Positions 1-10,136 of a stretch of DNA of 64,000 bases are shown here, piece after piece (position 1 is the stretch's first letter; each line of letters starts with the position of its first letter). The DNA is from Thermodesulfobacteriota bacterium. GTDB lineage: Bacteria > Desulfobacterota > Desulfarculia > JACQYL01. Under the pieces are notes generated by a model. It was not told the DNA's origin. It did no database searches and saw only the letters and a program-made list of their open reading frames with translations. A program made the translations under genes and the position numbers. The stretch is taken from the NCBI GenBank assembly GCA_963675595.2, contig CAXXLZ010000002.1, positions 3,392,001 through 3,456,000 on the forward strand, written 5' to 3'.

Positions 1-42
1 GGTGAATCGAAGCCAATAAGCGACCCTTCCCCAAATGAAGAA

Positions 43-80
43 GGGCGGGATTTCGGTCGAATCCCGCCCCTCGCTTTTCT
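43..80. terminator. Intrinsic terminator-like hairpin downstream of the HDOD gene, possibly bidirectional
   Basis: gggcgggattt-cggtc-gaatcccgccc stem followed by ctcgcttttctt. Confidence 0.55.
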
Positions 81-158
81 TGATGTCCACAGGAAGAAAC
101 CGCATTCGAACCATCGTGAGGTCGGTCTTGTTGTGGCCATGGGGATTCGTTCGTTGTT

Positions 159-1463
159 CTAATCCGACAACGCGGACTTGGTTTCCGCTAGAAGGCGCAC
201 CATCTCCTCCTTGACGTAAGCGATTCGTTCGGCATCCATGTGAAGCATAATGGCGGAAACACTCAAAGCCGGGTCGTCTTCCGAAGGTTGCTCCGAGTCG
301 ACGCGAAGTTGCTTTGCAATCAGATTGGCCAGATGAACCACGATGAGTTCCTTGGAAGGGCTTTCCGCGTCTTCAATGCTGTCGTGATGTCGGGCGGCAA
401 GGAGAAATTCCTCATTGAACTGCCATTGCTTGAGCACGGCCTCGCCAAAGGGTTCGTGAAACGCCTCCAAGGTGTCCAACACATCGGTTCGATTCACCTC
501 GAATCCGAGTTCTCCGCGGGCCTCCAACTCGCTGATGACCTGGATCAGGACCATCTTGCCCACATCATGCAACAATCCAAGAGTGAAGGGGTCGCTTGTG
601 AGCGTCAGCCGGCAGGTCTTGGCCATGATTTCAGCGGCATACGCACAAGCGAGGGAATGCTCCCACAGTTCCTCCATCAACGGTTGATAGGCTTTGCCGG
701 TAGTGGCGAAGACCGCACGATTGCACAACACGTTGACGTACTTTCGCGTCTGATCCAGGCCGAGACGTTCAAGAGCGTCCCGTAGGTTCTTGTTCTCCCG
801 AACACCGCGGTAAAAGGGGGAATTGGACACACTGATCAGATGGAACGAGATTCCCATGTCCTCTTTAAGCAGTTCAGCGACTTCCCTGAGATCGGCGCCC
901 TCGGCAACCATTTGAGAGAACTTGCGATAAATCCCCGATGGGGAAGGCAAACTGATTTCCCCGTCTTTGAAGCGGCGCATCACTTCTTTTCCGATGGCCA
1001 GCTTGCCCGCTTTGGCGGGTCCCGGGGCATGGGCGGGCTCGGAGTCCGAAGCGGGAGCTTCGTCACACGGCGGGGCCAACTTGAGTCGCTTGAGTCGTTC
1101 CCGTATTCGAACCGGATCGAAAGGTTTGACGATATAATCGTCGCATCCGGCCTGCACGCAGGTAATCAGGCAATCACGGTCCGACTGTCCGGTGACCATG
1201 ATGATCTTTGCGCCGGCCATTCCGACCCGCTTGATGGGTTCTTCGAGGTTCCGAATCTCGAAAAGCACTTCCGTGCCGTCCATGTCCGGCATACCCACGT
1301 CCAAGGTAATCAGATCAAAGGGAGTTCCCGCCTCGATAGCCTGCCGCACCTCGGCAACGGCCTCCAGGCCGCTTTCCACGGAACGGCATTCACCCAGCGG
1401 TTCCAGAATGGCCGTGAGTTTCATCCGGCTTACTCGCTCATCGTCCACAATCAGTATTCTCAC
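159..1463 (-). CDS. Response regulator with N-terminal receiver and C-terminal HDOD domain
   Basis: ILIVDD...ITLDVGMP...YIVKPF receiver motifs; LWEHSLACA...GLLHDVGK HDOD motifs; GTGA overlap with the kinase stop. Confidence 0.9.
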   Translation of the reverse strand: MRILIVDDERVSRMKLTAILEPLGECRSVESGLEAVAEVRQAIEAGTPFDLITLDVGMPDMDGTEVLFEIRNLEEPIKRVGMAGAKIIMVTGQSDRDCLITCVQAGCDDYIVKPFDPVRIRERLKRLKLAPPCDEAPASDSEPAHAPGPAKAGKLAIGKEVMRRFKDGEISLPSPSGIYRKFSQMVAEGADLREVAELLKEDMGISFHLISVSNSPFYRGVRENKNLRDALERLGLDQTRKYVNVLCNRAVFATTGKAYQPLMEELWEHSLACAYAAEIMAKTCRLTLTSDPFTLGLLHDVGKMVLIQVISELEARGELGFEVNRTDVLDTLEAFHEPFGEAVLKQWQFNEEFLLAARHHDSIEDAESPSKELIVVHLANLIAKQLRVDSEQPSEDDPALSVSAIMLHMDAERIAYVKEEMVRLLAETKSALSD

Positions 1464-4400
1464 TGCAGACCTCGACTACTTTCAGCGTCATGCAAAACCG
1501 GCCCGGAAGCTCCGTCGCCTGAAGAAATGAATCGTCTCAGTTGTTCAAAGGCCTCAACCAAATCATCCAGAAACCGATGGAGGTTTTCGCACTCGCCCTC
1601 TTTCGCCTTCAACTCCAGTGAGTGCGCGGCTTCGGCGAGCCTGCCGGCGGTCAGGTTCGCAGCTCCTCCTTTGATGGAATGAGCTTCCTTTGCCACAACG
1701 GCCGAGTTTCCCAGGTCCAAGGCCTCGCGCATTCGGTTGATCTGATTTTTCACATCCTGCATGAATTCTTTGATCACTTCCAACAACAAATCTTCCTTTC
1801 CCATGAATTCCTCACAGGCCCGCTTCCAATCGAGAGGCGGTTCCTCATCGGCGGGATCTCTTTTTGATGGCGACACGACGAATTCATCCACCTGTTGGGA
1901 CCGAGGTTCTTCTTCCGCCACGAGGGACGGGACTTCGATCCGGAAAGGACTCCCCGAGGTGGAAGTCCACTTGTCTACCATTTCAAGCAACTCCGTCCTG
2001 CGAATGGGTTTGGTGATGTAATCGTCCATTCCCGCTCGCAGGCATTTTTCTCGGTAGCCTTTGAACGCATGGGCGGTCATGGCCACGATGGGCGTGCGTT
2101 TTTGGGGTGCATTTCTAGAAAGTGCAGGGCCGCCTTGTTCTTCGTTTTCGATGCCTCGAATCAAAGCAACGGCTTCATATCCGTCCATGACCGGCATTTG
2201 GATGTCCATCAACACGAGGTCGAAACGATGTTCCCGAAACGCGTCCACGGCCCGACGTCCGTTTTCGACCAAATCCACTCGGTAACCCACGCTCGCAAGA
2301 TGTTCCCGGACGATTGTCTGATTAGTCGGATAGTCTTCCACCACAAGGACTCTGATTTGCGAACGATCCACTTCGGACTCGGGGTGGGTTGGGGCTTCCG
2401 GAAGGGCATCCGGGCTCGTGCATTCCGGCGCCATGCCCAGCACTTCGCAAAGGGCCCTATATAACTGATCTCTGCGTACCGGTTTGGTGAGCGTTGCGTT
2501 GATCAGTTCTTGTCGGTTTTCGAGACCGTGATCCGGATACCCCACGTGGGTCAACGCGATCATGGGAACGTTTTTGAGTTCCGGTCGAGATTTAAGCTCC
2601 ATGGGGAGGTCGCGCCCGCTCCGCAGGCAGGTGGCCAGGTCCGCCAGAATCGCGGAGACCCCTCCGTCGGAGTCGACTTGATTCCTGAGTGCGTCGTCGG
2701 CTCCGGCGGCCTCCATAGGTTCACATTCCCAGGAGCGAAGGGTTTCCGCAAGGACCCCGCGGCAAGAAGAATTGTCGTCCAACACCAGAATCTTCAAGCC
2801 CTTGAACTCACGGCAGGGTTTCAGCAAGACCTCGGGGGCCTTTTCTTGTCGAGGGAGGCGCAGATTGAACCAAAAAGTGCTGCCTTCCCCGGGCCGGCTC
2901 TCCGCGCCGATTTTTCCGCCCATCAGTTCCACGAGCTTTTTCGAAATCGTGGTTCCGAGGCCGGTCCCTCCATAATGCCTCGTGGTGGAACCATCGGCTT
3001 GAGTGAAAGCGTCGAAAATAGTCGCCAGCTTCTCTTTCGCAATCCCGATACCGGTGTCTTTGACTTTGAACACCAGGTCCGCTTGATTGGATCGCCGGGA
3101 GAATACGCGGACTTCAAGGAGTACCTCTCCTTGATGCGTAAACTTGATCGCGTTTCCCAGAAGGTTGGTGAGAACCTGGCGGAGACGGTTCGGATCGCCG
3201 ATGAGGGGGAGGGAAAGCTGGGAGGGGGGAGACAAAATCAGCTCCAAGCCTTTCTTGTTCGCCTCAGGGGTCATGCTCTCCGCGATACTCTCAACGAGAG
3301 GAATCAGGTCGAAAGGAATCGCTTCAATCTCCAATTTCCTCGCTTCGATTTTGGAGAAATCCAGGATTCCGTTGACCAGATGCATCAAGGCTTCCGCTTC
3401 CGAGTTGATGGTCGAGAAGATTCTTCCCTGTCTGGAGCTCAGTTCCTCCTGCATGGCCAGCTCCGTCATGCCGATCACCGCGTTGAGAGGGGTACGGATT
3501 TCGTGGCTCATCCTGGCCAGGAATTCGGTTTTTGCTTCACTAGCCGCTTCGGCCGCCGCCCTCCTCCGCTCCATTTCCTGGACTTGTTTGCGTTGGGTGA
3601 CGTCTCGAGCGATGCCGCGGAACCCCACGGGTCGGTTGGAAAAACTTCGGATCAGGGACAGGGAAGTCTCCACCTGACGAACCTCACCGCTCTTGGTCAT
3701 CAGACTCCAGTCCACGGCCTCGGACGGACGACCGGTTTCGTAAACCTCGTTGAAAGCCCGGTTGGCCTCCAGGGCGGTATCATCGCCCATGATTCGCCGA
3801 TAATGCATTCCGCCCAGTTCGTCCTCGGAGTATCCTAGAAGAGAGCGGAACCCCTTATTGAAAAAGGTAAAAGTTCCTCCGGTGTCGACTTCGAAATAGC
3901 CCTCCTGGATGCTGTCCAAAATGGTGCGATACCGCTCTTCGCTGGCTTCCAACGACAAACGGGCATGCCTGAAGTCCGTGATGTTCATCAGCGAAGCCCT
4001 GGCGCCGACGATTTCGCCTTGAGAAATCATGGGGCGGGTCTGGGAGAAGCAATAGATCTCGTGCCCGTCCTTGGTGGAAAACCGATATTCTCCTCCCATG
4101 GTCGGGGTACCGTTCTTGATCACGGTTTGGAATACTTCCATGATCTTCGGCAGGTCCGCGGGAACCACGACATCCGTGATATGCAGTCCGTTCTTGAGGT
4201 CCTCGGGCGTGTATCCGAAGGTTCGGAAACCGGCTTGGTTGGAGTAGGTCAAATTGCCTTGCAGATCGATTTCCACAATGATGGTCGGCAGGAGATCGGC
4301 CATTTCCTTGAAGCGGTTTTCGCTTTCCCTCAGCAGATTTTCCGCTTCTTTCCGCTCGGTGATTTCATTCATGAAGGTGAGCGTGGCCGGTTGATTTTCC

Positions 4401-5686
4401 CAGGTGATGACGGTTGAAGAGATTTCGACCCAAATGACCTTACCGGCCTGATTGATGATTCTGAAAGAAAATACATTGTGCGCCTCTCCATCTCGGGAGC
4501 GATCATGCCGATGAGCGATGATCTCACGGTCTTCCGGGTGCACCCAATCCATGAAACCGGTCTTGGCCAAGGGACCCAGATTATTCACGTCCCATCCCAC
4601 CAGTTCGGCCGCCTTTCGATTGGCGAAGCGGAACAGACCGTTCTGGATTACCAGAATCCCTTCGGTGGCGTTGTCGAAAATGATTTGGTACTTGGCCCGG
4701 CTTGCCTGCAATTCATTCTCCGCCCTTTTTCGTTCCGTGACGTCCACACCGGCGGCCCAGGTCTGCAGGCCGGGTATGGGCACCACTTCACCAAGTCGGG
4801 TCCAAGCAACGGTCCTTTTTTCACCTCGTTTGGATCGGCACGGCGATTCCCCGTCGGTAATTTCGCCAACGTCCATCAACGATGCGCACCGGTGGGGAAG
4901 ATCGGCTTCGCCCGGGTGGAGCATCTCTTCCGCCGTGTAGCCGGTCGCTCGTTCGCAGGCCTTGTTCCAGAGCACCAACCTGCCTTCCGGGTCCTGTCCG
5001 ACGATGAGAATGGGCAGGTTATCCACGATGAGTCGAAAACGATTCTCAGTCCGGCGGAGGTTTCGCGCGATCTCCTGTTCCTTGCTCAAAGCTCTTTCCA
5101 GGCCGCGCAGCATGAGCGCGATGGTTACCGTGACCAAAGCGTTGATGACCGTGAAGTTGGCCGTCATCACCAGCCATTTTTCCACGGGGTTCTCCACGAG
5201 GCGCGACCAATCCGGGTGGAAGCGGGCGATGAACCATCCCACCGCCAGCAACGATAGGAAATTCAAGAGGAGAGACCGCAGGCCGGCGCGAAGTCCCATG
5301 AGCAGGCCGGCCATGACCGAGGCGCCGAACAACCAGATGTACCCCGCGCCCTGGTGGCCCAGCAGGAGCAGCAGCCCGATTCCCAGACAGTAGAAAATGG
5401 AGCAGGTGACCCAGGCTCTCACGGTGAGGGGCATTCGCCGCCCGAAAAGAATCGTCAAGGCCCCACCATACACGGCGAAATCCAGAAAAAGGATGTCCCA
5501 GCGCCTTTCCATGACGCTCAAAACGGCCGACGGGATGAGGGCGAACAAACCCACCACCGTGGCGGTGAAAACGATGACGAAGAGAATCCGCTCTCTCCAG
5601 AAAGTGAGCAGGTCGGCCTCCCATACATGCTCGGGAAGGAAACGCCTTTCCAGGGCGGCCCACCAGCGGTTGTCGTCGGCAAACAT
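1460..5686 (-). CDS. Membrane-bound hybrid sensor histidine kinase (TM segments, several PAS, HisKA, HATPase, 2 REC, Hpt)
   Basis: MSHEIRTP H-box, NLLGNAIKF, DTGIG, GGTGLG, VLMDIQMP receiver, AHSIKG Hpt. Start moved from 5845 to the ATG at 5686 (MFADDN); start uncertain. Confidence 0.9.
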   Translation of the reverse strand: MFADDNRWWAALERRFLPEHVWEADLLTFWRERILFVIVFTATVVGLFALIPSAVLSVMERRWDILFLDFAVYGGALTILFGRRMPLTVRAWVTCSIFYCLGIGLLLLLGHQGAGYIWLFGASVMAGLLMGLRAGLRSLLLNFLSLLAVGWFIARFHPDWSRLVENPVEKWLVMTANFTVINALVTVTIALMLRGLERALSKEQEIARNLRRTENRFRLIVDNLPILIVGQDPEGRLVLWNKACERATGYTAEEMLHPGEADLPHRCASLMDVGEITDGESPCRSKRGEKRTVAWTRLGEVVPIPGLQTWAAGVDVTERKRAENELQASRAKYQIIFDNATEGILVIQNGLFRFANRKAAELVGWDVNNLGPLAKTGFMDWVHPEDREIIAHRHDRSRDGEAHNVFSFRIINQAGKVIWVEISSTVITWENQPATLTFMNEITERKEAENLLRESENRFKEMADLLPTIIVEIDLQGNLTYSNQAGFRTFGYTPEDLKNGLHITDVVVPADLPKIMEVFQTVIKNGTPTMGGEYRFSTKDGHEIYCFSQTRPMISQGEIVGARASLMNITDFRHARLSLEASEERYRTILDSIQEGYFEVDTGGTFTFFNKGFRSLLGYSEDELGGMHYRRIMGDDTALEANRAFNEVYETGRPSEAVDWSLMTKSGEVRQVETSLSLIRSFSNRPVGFRGIARDVTQRKQVQEMERRRAAAEAASEAKTEFLARMSHEIRTPLNAVIGMTELAMQEELSSRQGRIFSTINSEAEALMHLVNGILDFSKIEARKLEIEAIPFDLIPLVESIAESMTPEANKKGLELILSPPSQLSLPLIGDPNRLRQVLTNLLGNAIKFTHQGEVLLEVRVFSRRSNQADLVFKVKDTGIGIAKEKLATIFDAFTQADGSTTRHYGGTGLGTTISKKLVELMGGKIGAESRPGEGSTFWFNLRLPRQEKAPEVLLKPCREFKGLKILVLDDNSSCRGVLAETLRSWECEPMEAAGADDALRNQVDSDGGVSAILADLATCLRSGRDLPMELKSRPELKNVPMIALTHVGYPDHGLENRQELINATLTKPVRRDQLYRALCEVLGMAPECTSPDALPEAPTHPESEVDRSQIRVLVVEDYPTNQTIVREHLASVGYRVDLVENGRRAVDAFREHRFDLVLMDIQMPVMDGYEAVALIRGIENEEQGGPALSRNAPQKRTPIVAMTAHAFKGYREKCLRAGMDDYITKPIRRTELLEMVDKWTSTSGSPFRIEVPSLVAEEEPRSQQVDEFVVSPSKRDPADEEPPLDWKRACEEFMGKEDLLLEVIKEFMQDVKNQINRMREALDLGNSAVVAKEAHSIKGGAANLTAGRLAEAAHSLELKAKEGECENLHRFLDDLVEAFEQLRRFISSGDGASGPVLHDAESSRGLQ

Positions 5687-6703
5687 GGATATTCCCGGTG
5701 AATCCCCGAAACTTGTTCGCCCGTCGGCGATCCGGGGTCTAAGGGTATGGATGGATACTTCCCGCTCCCCGAGTTGGGACGATCTGGGGCATCGCCGGTG
5801 GATCGACCGCCGGCACGGTCGGGAAACTAGAAAGCGTCCCGGCATCGCCCCGACAGACTACGGAAATCTTCTTGGGAATGGCGGGAAGTCTTGAAAAACA
5901 ATCGGCGCTTCAAGATAGGAAAAATTGTATTACGGGATAGGAAATCTACAGCGCAAGATCGTATCTTTTCTTTGTTTACAAGATCCATTTCGGATAAACA
6001 AGAAAATTGCTTGAGGCGATGGAAGGAGCGTGAGGGAGGGCGCGGCGGGGAGATTGCCCACTTCAGTGGAATACAAGCCGGATGGAACTGCGAGAGCACC
6101 TTTGTTCAGACAGCGTGGGATAAAGCTTCCATGTCCGTCGCAAATCGACGGCAAAGGACCTATAGACATCAATGCGAGTACACCAATGGAAGCTGCCGAA
6201 AAATCACTCTGGTCGGCAGGTACAGATTCTGCTTGGATCTCATACCGGAATGATCGTACAAGGAAATCGTGAAATTCGTTATTGAACATCATGGAATGAT
6301 GAATTGCGGCGAATCACCAGCCATTGTAGAATAAGATCACGCAATAGGCTTGGAAATCTCTCTGTGCAAGCGCCGATGCGGCCTCCAAGAAAGAGGCGGG
6401 CGGCGCGGGGCCACGTTCGGATGTGTCGACTAAGTCGATCATTTGGATGAGTGCCGGAACCTCCGGTTCGCGGTTAGGAGTCGTCCCGAGTCGGTCTAAG
6501 CAAATCCGCACAGCATGGGCCGTGCAGTTGTTGCGAAGCAGAAGTGAAACGAGAACAAAGATACTCTCCGATTTTGCAGGGCTGAGCAGGATGGTACGGA
6601 CAGCGACGTGGCTATCGCCAGGCGATAGAAGTTATTACAAACTTCCTCAACAGCTGGTATATAGATATAGGTAGTAGGTTCTTTATAAATAGCGTGGTGT
6701 GAC

Positions 6704-8215
6704 ATGGAGCATACGGTAGCGGATATCCTTGAGGAAGATGGACCGATGCTGTCTTCTGATGTGATTCAGAAGCTCGTCGAATCGGGGCTGTCAAGCGATG
6801 CCGCGAGGCAACGGGTGGTTCGATCCAAGCCCGAAGTGCTTCGCCTGGAGAGCCTTGATTTTGCCAATCGTTCAAAATATCTTTTTCTGTCGCGCCATCG
6901 TGGCGAGCCCATCTACTGGGAAACACTGGTCAAAGCAATTGAAGAAACCCCACTATATTCTTGTTCGTTTAATGCCCTTAAGGCAAGGGGTGGCACGATT
7001 CCAAAATGGCTCTTTGAGGTTATTAGTGGTAGCCCTAGTCGTCCCTTGAAAGGTCATAAGCTGAGCCAGAGCGTTCTGAAGCTGCTTCTTCAAGCTGGCG
7101 TAATGATCGAGTATCTCGATCCCGCAATCGAGGAAGCAATCTCACTTAGTAAAGATGTTCAGTTCACCCACGTCAGCCCGGCTGAAATCAGAGCCGATCT
7201 GCTAGCTGAATCAGTCCTCATCCACGGAGTCAAAGAGTGGATTAGGAAAGTTGGAATTGTGAGTTACGAAAAAGTGGATATTCGAGATGCTCATGATCGG
7301 CCCAATTTCGGCCAATTTTCATGGGATATAGTCGCACCCTGCTACGTGTATCCTTTCCAGACCAAGAAACCCGGTGAGTCTGAGGCTAGACCTGGATTCT
7401 TCGTTTGTGACGTCATCTTACAGAAGCAATTAACTCGCTCAGCTATCGAATTCTTTGCAAAGAAATGTGCAGTACTTCGTGCAACAAGTTACACCGTGCC
7501 ATTTATGTCAATGCTCCTGGCCGAAGGGTACAATAAAGAGGCGCTTCAACATGGAAAGAGCAAAGGTATAGTCATTACAACACCTAGGAACCTGCTTGGT
7601 AATGATGTAGCAGATGCTCTTGCTTCACTAATTAATATTCTAACCAGGCATGCAAATAATTCATCTTCTGATTCGATTTATGAGCTATTTTCCAAGCTTA
7701 GTAAGATAGAGGGAGCGGCAAGGAATCTTATAGGGCCATTTTTTGAATTAATAGTAGCGAGAATCATTTCGGTTGAGCATGGTGGCAACACTATAATTGG
7801 AAAGAGAGTAGTTGATCCTGCTAATGGTAAGCTTGTTGATATAGATGTATTGTCGGAATCAAAGGGAAGGGAAGTTAGAGCATATGAGTGCAAAGCGAAG
7901 GAACCTGGTGGTAATGTGTCTATTTGTGAGGTAAGTGATTGGCTTAATAGACAGGTTCCAAGAATTGTATCCTGGATAAACAGTGAAAAAAGATTTTCTG
8001 GTTATGAAAAGTATTTTGAATTATGGACAAGTGGCACATTTAGTTATGATGCTATTGAGTTATTGAGGGAAACAAGGAATAACACAAAAAGATATAATAT
8101 AGATTGGAAAAGTGGAATTGACGTATTGGAATATGCTGATAGGCAACATGAAAGCAGGTTATCGGACGTGTTAAAGGAGCAGTTCATTAAGCATCCGTTG
8201 GTGCCAAAACACTAA
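6704..8215 (+). CDS. Hypothetical protein with C-terminal PD-(D/E)XK restriction-endonuclease-like domain; candidate single-gene defence nuclease
   Basis: 503-aa ORF, AT-richer than neighbours; FFELIV...DIDVL...RAYECKAK motif; possible N-terminal winged HTH. Confidence 0.65.
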   Translation: MEHTVADILEEDGPMLSSDVIQKLVESGLSSDAARQRVVRSKPEVLRLESLDFANRSKYLFLSRHRGEPIYWETLVKAIEETPLYSCSFNALKARGGTIPKWLFEVISGSPSRPLKGHKLSQSVLKLLLQAGVMIEYLDPAIEEAISLSKDVQFTHVSPAEIRADLLAESVLIHGVKEWIRKVGIVSYEKVDIRDAHDRPNFGQFSWDIVAPCYVYPFQTKKPGESEARPGFFVCDVILQKQLTRSAIEFFAKKCAVLRATSYTVPFMSMLLAEGYNKEALQHGKSKGIVITTPRNLLGNDVADALASLINILTRHANNSSSDSIYELFSKLSKIEGAARNLIGPFFELIVARIISVEHGGNTIIGKRVVDPANGKLVDIDVLSESKGREVRAYECKAKEPGGNVSICEVSDWLNRQVPRIVSWINSEKRFSGYEKYFELWTSGTFSYDAIELLRETRNNTKRYNIDWKSGIDVLEYADRQHESRLSDVLKEQFIKHPLVPKH

Positions 8216-8351
8216 TAATCCTTGTGGTAAAACTATTGATGGTATTGGGATGCGAAGCGAATGCTTAAAGCCATAGAGACAGGGCCGCATCAGAACCGCA
8301 TCTTTCGCTATATTTCTATGCGCCTCCCGCAGGCCGGCGCCCGCCCAACCG

Positions 8352-8400
8352 TTTTGAAAAGGGGTGCGGGGAAAAACTTTTTCAACAGTTTTTCCCCGCA
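8352..8400. repeat. REP-like hairpin element between convergent genes, possibly also a terminator
   Basis: 14-bp perfect inverted repeat tgcggggaaaaact (8365-8378) / agtttttccccgca (8387-8400), preceded by ttttgaaaagggg. Confidence 0.55.
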
Positions 8401-8417
8401 AATCATTTCCCCGTCTT

Positions 8418-9824
8418 CTATTTCTTCACTAATTCATCGTACAGATGCCGCTGGTCCACGATGCGGCGGGCTTTGAACTGGGTGCGTTCCAGGGTTCCGG
8501 GTTCGGTGAGTTGTACCGAGGCGCGAACGCCCAGGACTTTCTTGAGTTCCGTTTCCAGGGCGTCCTTGTAGGGTGCTTGGGAAGCCGCATCCAGGTCTTT
8601 TCGCGTTTCCACCTGCACGATGAGTTCGTCCATGGTTTTTTCGCGGGTGATGATGATGCGGAATTCTTCTCCACTGTCCGGGTGAGCTCGAATGATGTCT
8701 TCGATGGCGTTGGGGTACACGTTTTCACCGCGGATGGTGAACATGTCGTCTGCGCGTCCGTAGATGCCCTTGGGCAGGCGGGGAAGGGTGCGTCCGCAGG
8801 GGCAGGGCTCGTCGGTCCAGGTGGTGATGTCCCCCGCCCAGAAGCGGATCATGGGTTGAGAAGTGCGCTCCAGGTGCGTGTATACCGTGACGCCCTCGCC
8901 GCCGTAGGGCAAGCGCCGTTTGGTTTCACGGTCCACCACTTCCGTGTACACGATGTCCTGGTGCAGATGCATGCCCCGACGCTCGACGCATTCGCAATTG
9001 GTCATCCAGGGGGTCATCTCGGCGGTGGAGCCCGTATCGATGCACATGGCCCCATAGGCGTCCTCGATGAGTTTCTTGGTGGACGGAATACCGGCTCCGG
9101 GCTCTCCGGAAAAGAACAGCACGCGGAAGTTGAAGTCCTTGGCCGGGTCCACGCCCATGTTCCGGGCGACTTCGGCGATATACAGGGCATAAGACGGCGT
9201 GCCGTAAAAGGCCGTGGGGCGCATTTGCTGAATCCATTCAATGCCCCGTTCCGTCATGCCGGGTACGCCCGCGCCGAAGGGAAAGGCCGTGGCTCCCACC
9301 CGCTCGGTGCCCAAAAGCGCGCCCCAACTGCCCCAGTACAGGCTGAAAAAGGAGCCGATGAACACCATGTCGTCGGGACGCAGACCGAAGCTCCAGCAGC
9401 CGCGAGCCTGGGCCCAGGCCACCCGCTCGAGATCGTCGCGGCTGATGCCGAAAGCCGTGGGGCGGCCCGTGGTTCCGGACGTGCCGTGCACTCGAGCGGC
9501 TTCATTGGGCTTTTTGCATGCATAAGAGCCGAAAGGAGGATGCTCGATCTGATCCGCGCGGATTTCATCCTTGGTCACGAAAGGCACCTGTTCGAAATCC
9601 GCCAAAGAGCGGATGTCTTCCGGACGGACACCCGCCGCGTCCCATTTCTTCCGATAGAACGGCGACTGAGCGTAGGCGTAGGCCATCTGAGCCCGTATCT
9701 TGGGCAGAATCAAGGTCTGTTCCCGCTCTTCGGGGTCCATGGTTTCCGCTCGCCGATCCCAGTACGGATCATCCACGGCGGGCAAATAGTTGCGGTCATA
9801 TTGCGTAGGCCATGAAACGGACAT
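8418..9824 (-). CDS. Phenylacetate-CoA ligase family (PaaK-like) AMP-forming acyl-CoA ligase
   Basis: HGTSGTTGRP AMP-binding motif, YGTPSY, GRADDM...RGENVYP; ATG at 9824 preceded by AGGAG. Confidence 0.9.
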   Translation of the reverse strand: MSVSWPTQYDRNYLPAVDDPYWDRRAETMDPEEREQTLILPKIRAQMAYAYAQSPFYRKKWDAAGVRPEDIRSLADFEQVPFVTKDEIRADQIEHPPFGSYACKKPNEAARVHGTSGTTGRPTAFGISRDDLERVAWAQARGCWSFGLRPDDMVFIGSFFSLYWGSWGALLGTERVGATAFPFGAGVPGMTERGIEWIQQMRPTAFYGTPSYALYIAEVARNMGVDPAKDFNFRVLFFSGEPGAGIPSTKKLIEDAYGAMCIDTGSTAEMTPWMTNCECVERRGMHLHQDIVYTEVVDRETKRRLPYGGEGVTVYTHLERTSQPMIRFWAGDITTWTDEPCPCGRTLPRLPKGIYGRADDMFTIRGENVYPNAIEDIIRAHPDSGEEFRIIITREKTMDELIVQVETRKDLDAASQAPYKDALETELKKVLGVRASVQLTEPGTLERTQFKARRIVDQRHLYDELVKK

Positions 9825-9864
9825 GCTGCACTCCTGATATTGCAAAAAATGTGTGTTGTTCAAC

Positions 9865-9910
9865 TTGGGAAACCCTTTTGGAAAAGGAATCCCCAAACCT
9901 ACCTAAAACT
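9865..9910. repeat. Degenerate REP-like hairpin, inverted relative to the 8352-8400 copy
   Basis: ttgggaaacccttttggaaaaggaatccccaa imperfect palindrome plus acctacctaaaac tail. Confidence 0.35.
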
Positions 9911-10010
9911 TCTATGAATGAGTCACCGGCCTCCGGCCGACGACCTGAGGGGTATTGCGGGATTTACTGGAAAGTATTCCGTGACGTCCTCTTTTCCAAG
10001 TCCAAGATCT

Positions 10011-10136
10011 TCAGGAAGGTGAAAAACGATGAGATGCAAGGCGCGCGAATCCCGAGAAGTGAGGCGTACCTGCAGTACGCCGCAGTGACGAGGGATGCGG
10101 CGCAACGCAGCAGATCATGTTTTTTCACCTTCCTGA
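10011..10136 (+). mobile_element. MITE-like 126-bp non-coding element, copy 1
   Basis: 16-bp perfect terminal inverted repeats tcaggaaggtgaaaaa (10011-10026) / tttttcaccttcctga (10121-10136); core homologous to 37334-37462. Confidence 0.7.

Noticed and set aside
6314-6316. In-frame TGA as selenocysteine
   Set aside because: No redox-motif context and no clear SECIS-like hairpin directly downstream
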